From Eledone cirrhosa (taxonomy: Eukaryota), in NCBI GenBank assembly GCA_964016885.1, contig OZ024748.1, positions 30,628,001 through 30,692,000 on the forward strand: a stretch of DNA of 64,000 nt, read 5' to 3'. A model generated the notes under the pieces. That model searched no databases, was not told the origin of the DNA, and saw nothing but the letters and a program-made list of their open reading frames with translations. A program made the position numbers and the translations under genes. This document shows, piece by piece, positions 62,540 through 64,000 of this stretch (positions are counted from its first letter, which is position 1; every line of letters begins with the position of its first letter).

Positions 62540-64000
62540 ACAACAACAGAATGTCAGCAATGTTGACATTGGTGGGATTTGAACTCAGATAGTAAAGGGT
62601 TAGAAGAAATACTTCAAAGTATTTCTTCTGATGTTCTAACAATTCTGCTAGTCCACCACCTCACCCTTGGCTATGGAAATTATGTAGGCCTCCAATGAGA
62701 CACACATCATCATGTGATCTGTGGCCTCATTTGAAGTGATGCCTGGCTGGGCTTTACAAAGCTTGCAAGGATTTTGTGTGGTTACATTATATGAGCTTGT
62801 TTTGAGCAAGCTCTTCCCAGAATTTTAATGCCAATGCTTATTGCAGCAAGCTCACCATAGAAGAGTTGCTTTGGTATACATATATTGTTCATATGGGCAA
62901 CATCACTTATCCAGTGAAACTTACTCTTTTCCAACAGAGTCCATTTATTACATTAGTTAATATTAGTGGCTATAGAGAGTGGAGGATTGGCAGATTTGGT
63001 AGAGTGTCTGGTAAACTGCCACTGCGGTATTTGTTCTGGCTGAGTTCAACTTTTTCCCTTTCATCCTTCCGAGGTCTATAATATAAAGTACTAGTCAATT
63101 ACTGGGGCTTGGGAAGATTAATTTAATCAACTTATCCCTTTCCCTAAATTGCTAGCCTTGTTCATCATCATCATCATCATTTTACGATGATGATGATGAA
63201 CAAGGCTAGCAATTTCATAAATTAGAAATCATTTCCATAGCCAGGTCTTCATTGTCTACTGATAGACAAACAACACAATATATAACACATTAGATAATGT
63301 AGTCTAAGATATATTATGTTTGAATAAAATTGATGTGATAGTCATGGCTGGAACATCACACATCATAGATCTGCTTTGTCAAGATGGACTGGAGCTAAAC
63401 AACTATAACCATTAATACTAGCTATTATACCATACATTAGATAATGTAGTACTGCATTTAAATAAAAGACATGATAGTAAAATGTCTGTTTGATTAGGAC
63501 TGGCCTGGAGCTGAAATGCTACTCTTTCACTCCATAAAACCCCCACCTCATCCAACTCTATCCCACATACTGACCTCATCTCACTCCATGCCCTCAGAGG
63601 TGGAATGGCTGTGCAGCATGTTAAGAAAACAACCTCCTTGGCTTTTGTGTTTTTCAGAACTGTCCTCTTCTTTTGTTTAACGACTCTCAAGAACAGGTGA
63701 GCCTTCTCTACCATTCTATCACTGATTGCTGGAAGCTTGTCTTTTTTTAATCTTCTCTCCTTTTATGAATCTATGATTGTTTTTTTTAATTTATTTAATT
63801 TTGTTAGTTTATTTTTGTTGTTATGTGATCTTTAATATGGTTATTGTTATTACTTTTATTACTATTATTTTGTAATTTGATGTGTTTCTTAGTATTTTTT
63901 TGTTTGTTTTTGCATCTATAGGCATGGTTAATCTTTGCATGATTTTTGCAACATTTTTCTCAGAAAATGTCAGTCTTTTCTATGAATTTATATATATATA

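Noticed and set aside
63921-63990. Next P5B exon after a long U-rich tract
   Set aside because: The required phase-0 frame stops after six codons and no family similarity is visible

Overview
AT-rich, microsatellite-laden animal genomic DNA. The SINE, LINE and repeat content suggests an octopod cephalopod, but this is inference only. The backbone is one + strand, multi-exon P5B-type ATPase gene (ATP13A2/3/4/5 family, most ATP13A3-like). Seventeen exons (about 2.2 kb coding) can be traced from 16223 to 61367, with GT-AG boundaries and consistent phases. They carry the VLNPFY, TGES, PPALP, DK|TGT, KGAPE and TGD motifs; the first and last exons were not found in this window. Two of these exons (47748-47969 and 50824-50922) are homologous phase-0/0 duplicates of one N-domain segment and look mutually exclusive. 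The introns hold many mobile elements. The most complete is a very young Gypsy LTR element (near-identical 402-bp LTRs, ATTA TSD, tRNA-Trp PBS, -1 frameshift signal); it sits inside an R4/Dong LINE and is itself interrupted by an RTE LINE. Also present are several RTE LINEs with a PHD-like finger inside the RT region, two of them forming a ~3-kb inverted pair around the DKTGT-completing and duplicated exons. The rest includes R4/Dong relics, Penelope GIY-YIG relics, hammerhead-ribozyme motifs, a DD37D Tc1/mariner element, MITEs, Helitron pieces, tRNA-derived SINEs, minisatellites and perfect palindromes. All comparisons were made by eye; no alignments or database searches were run.
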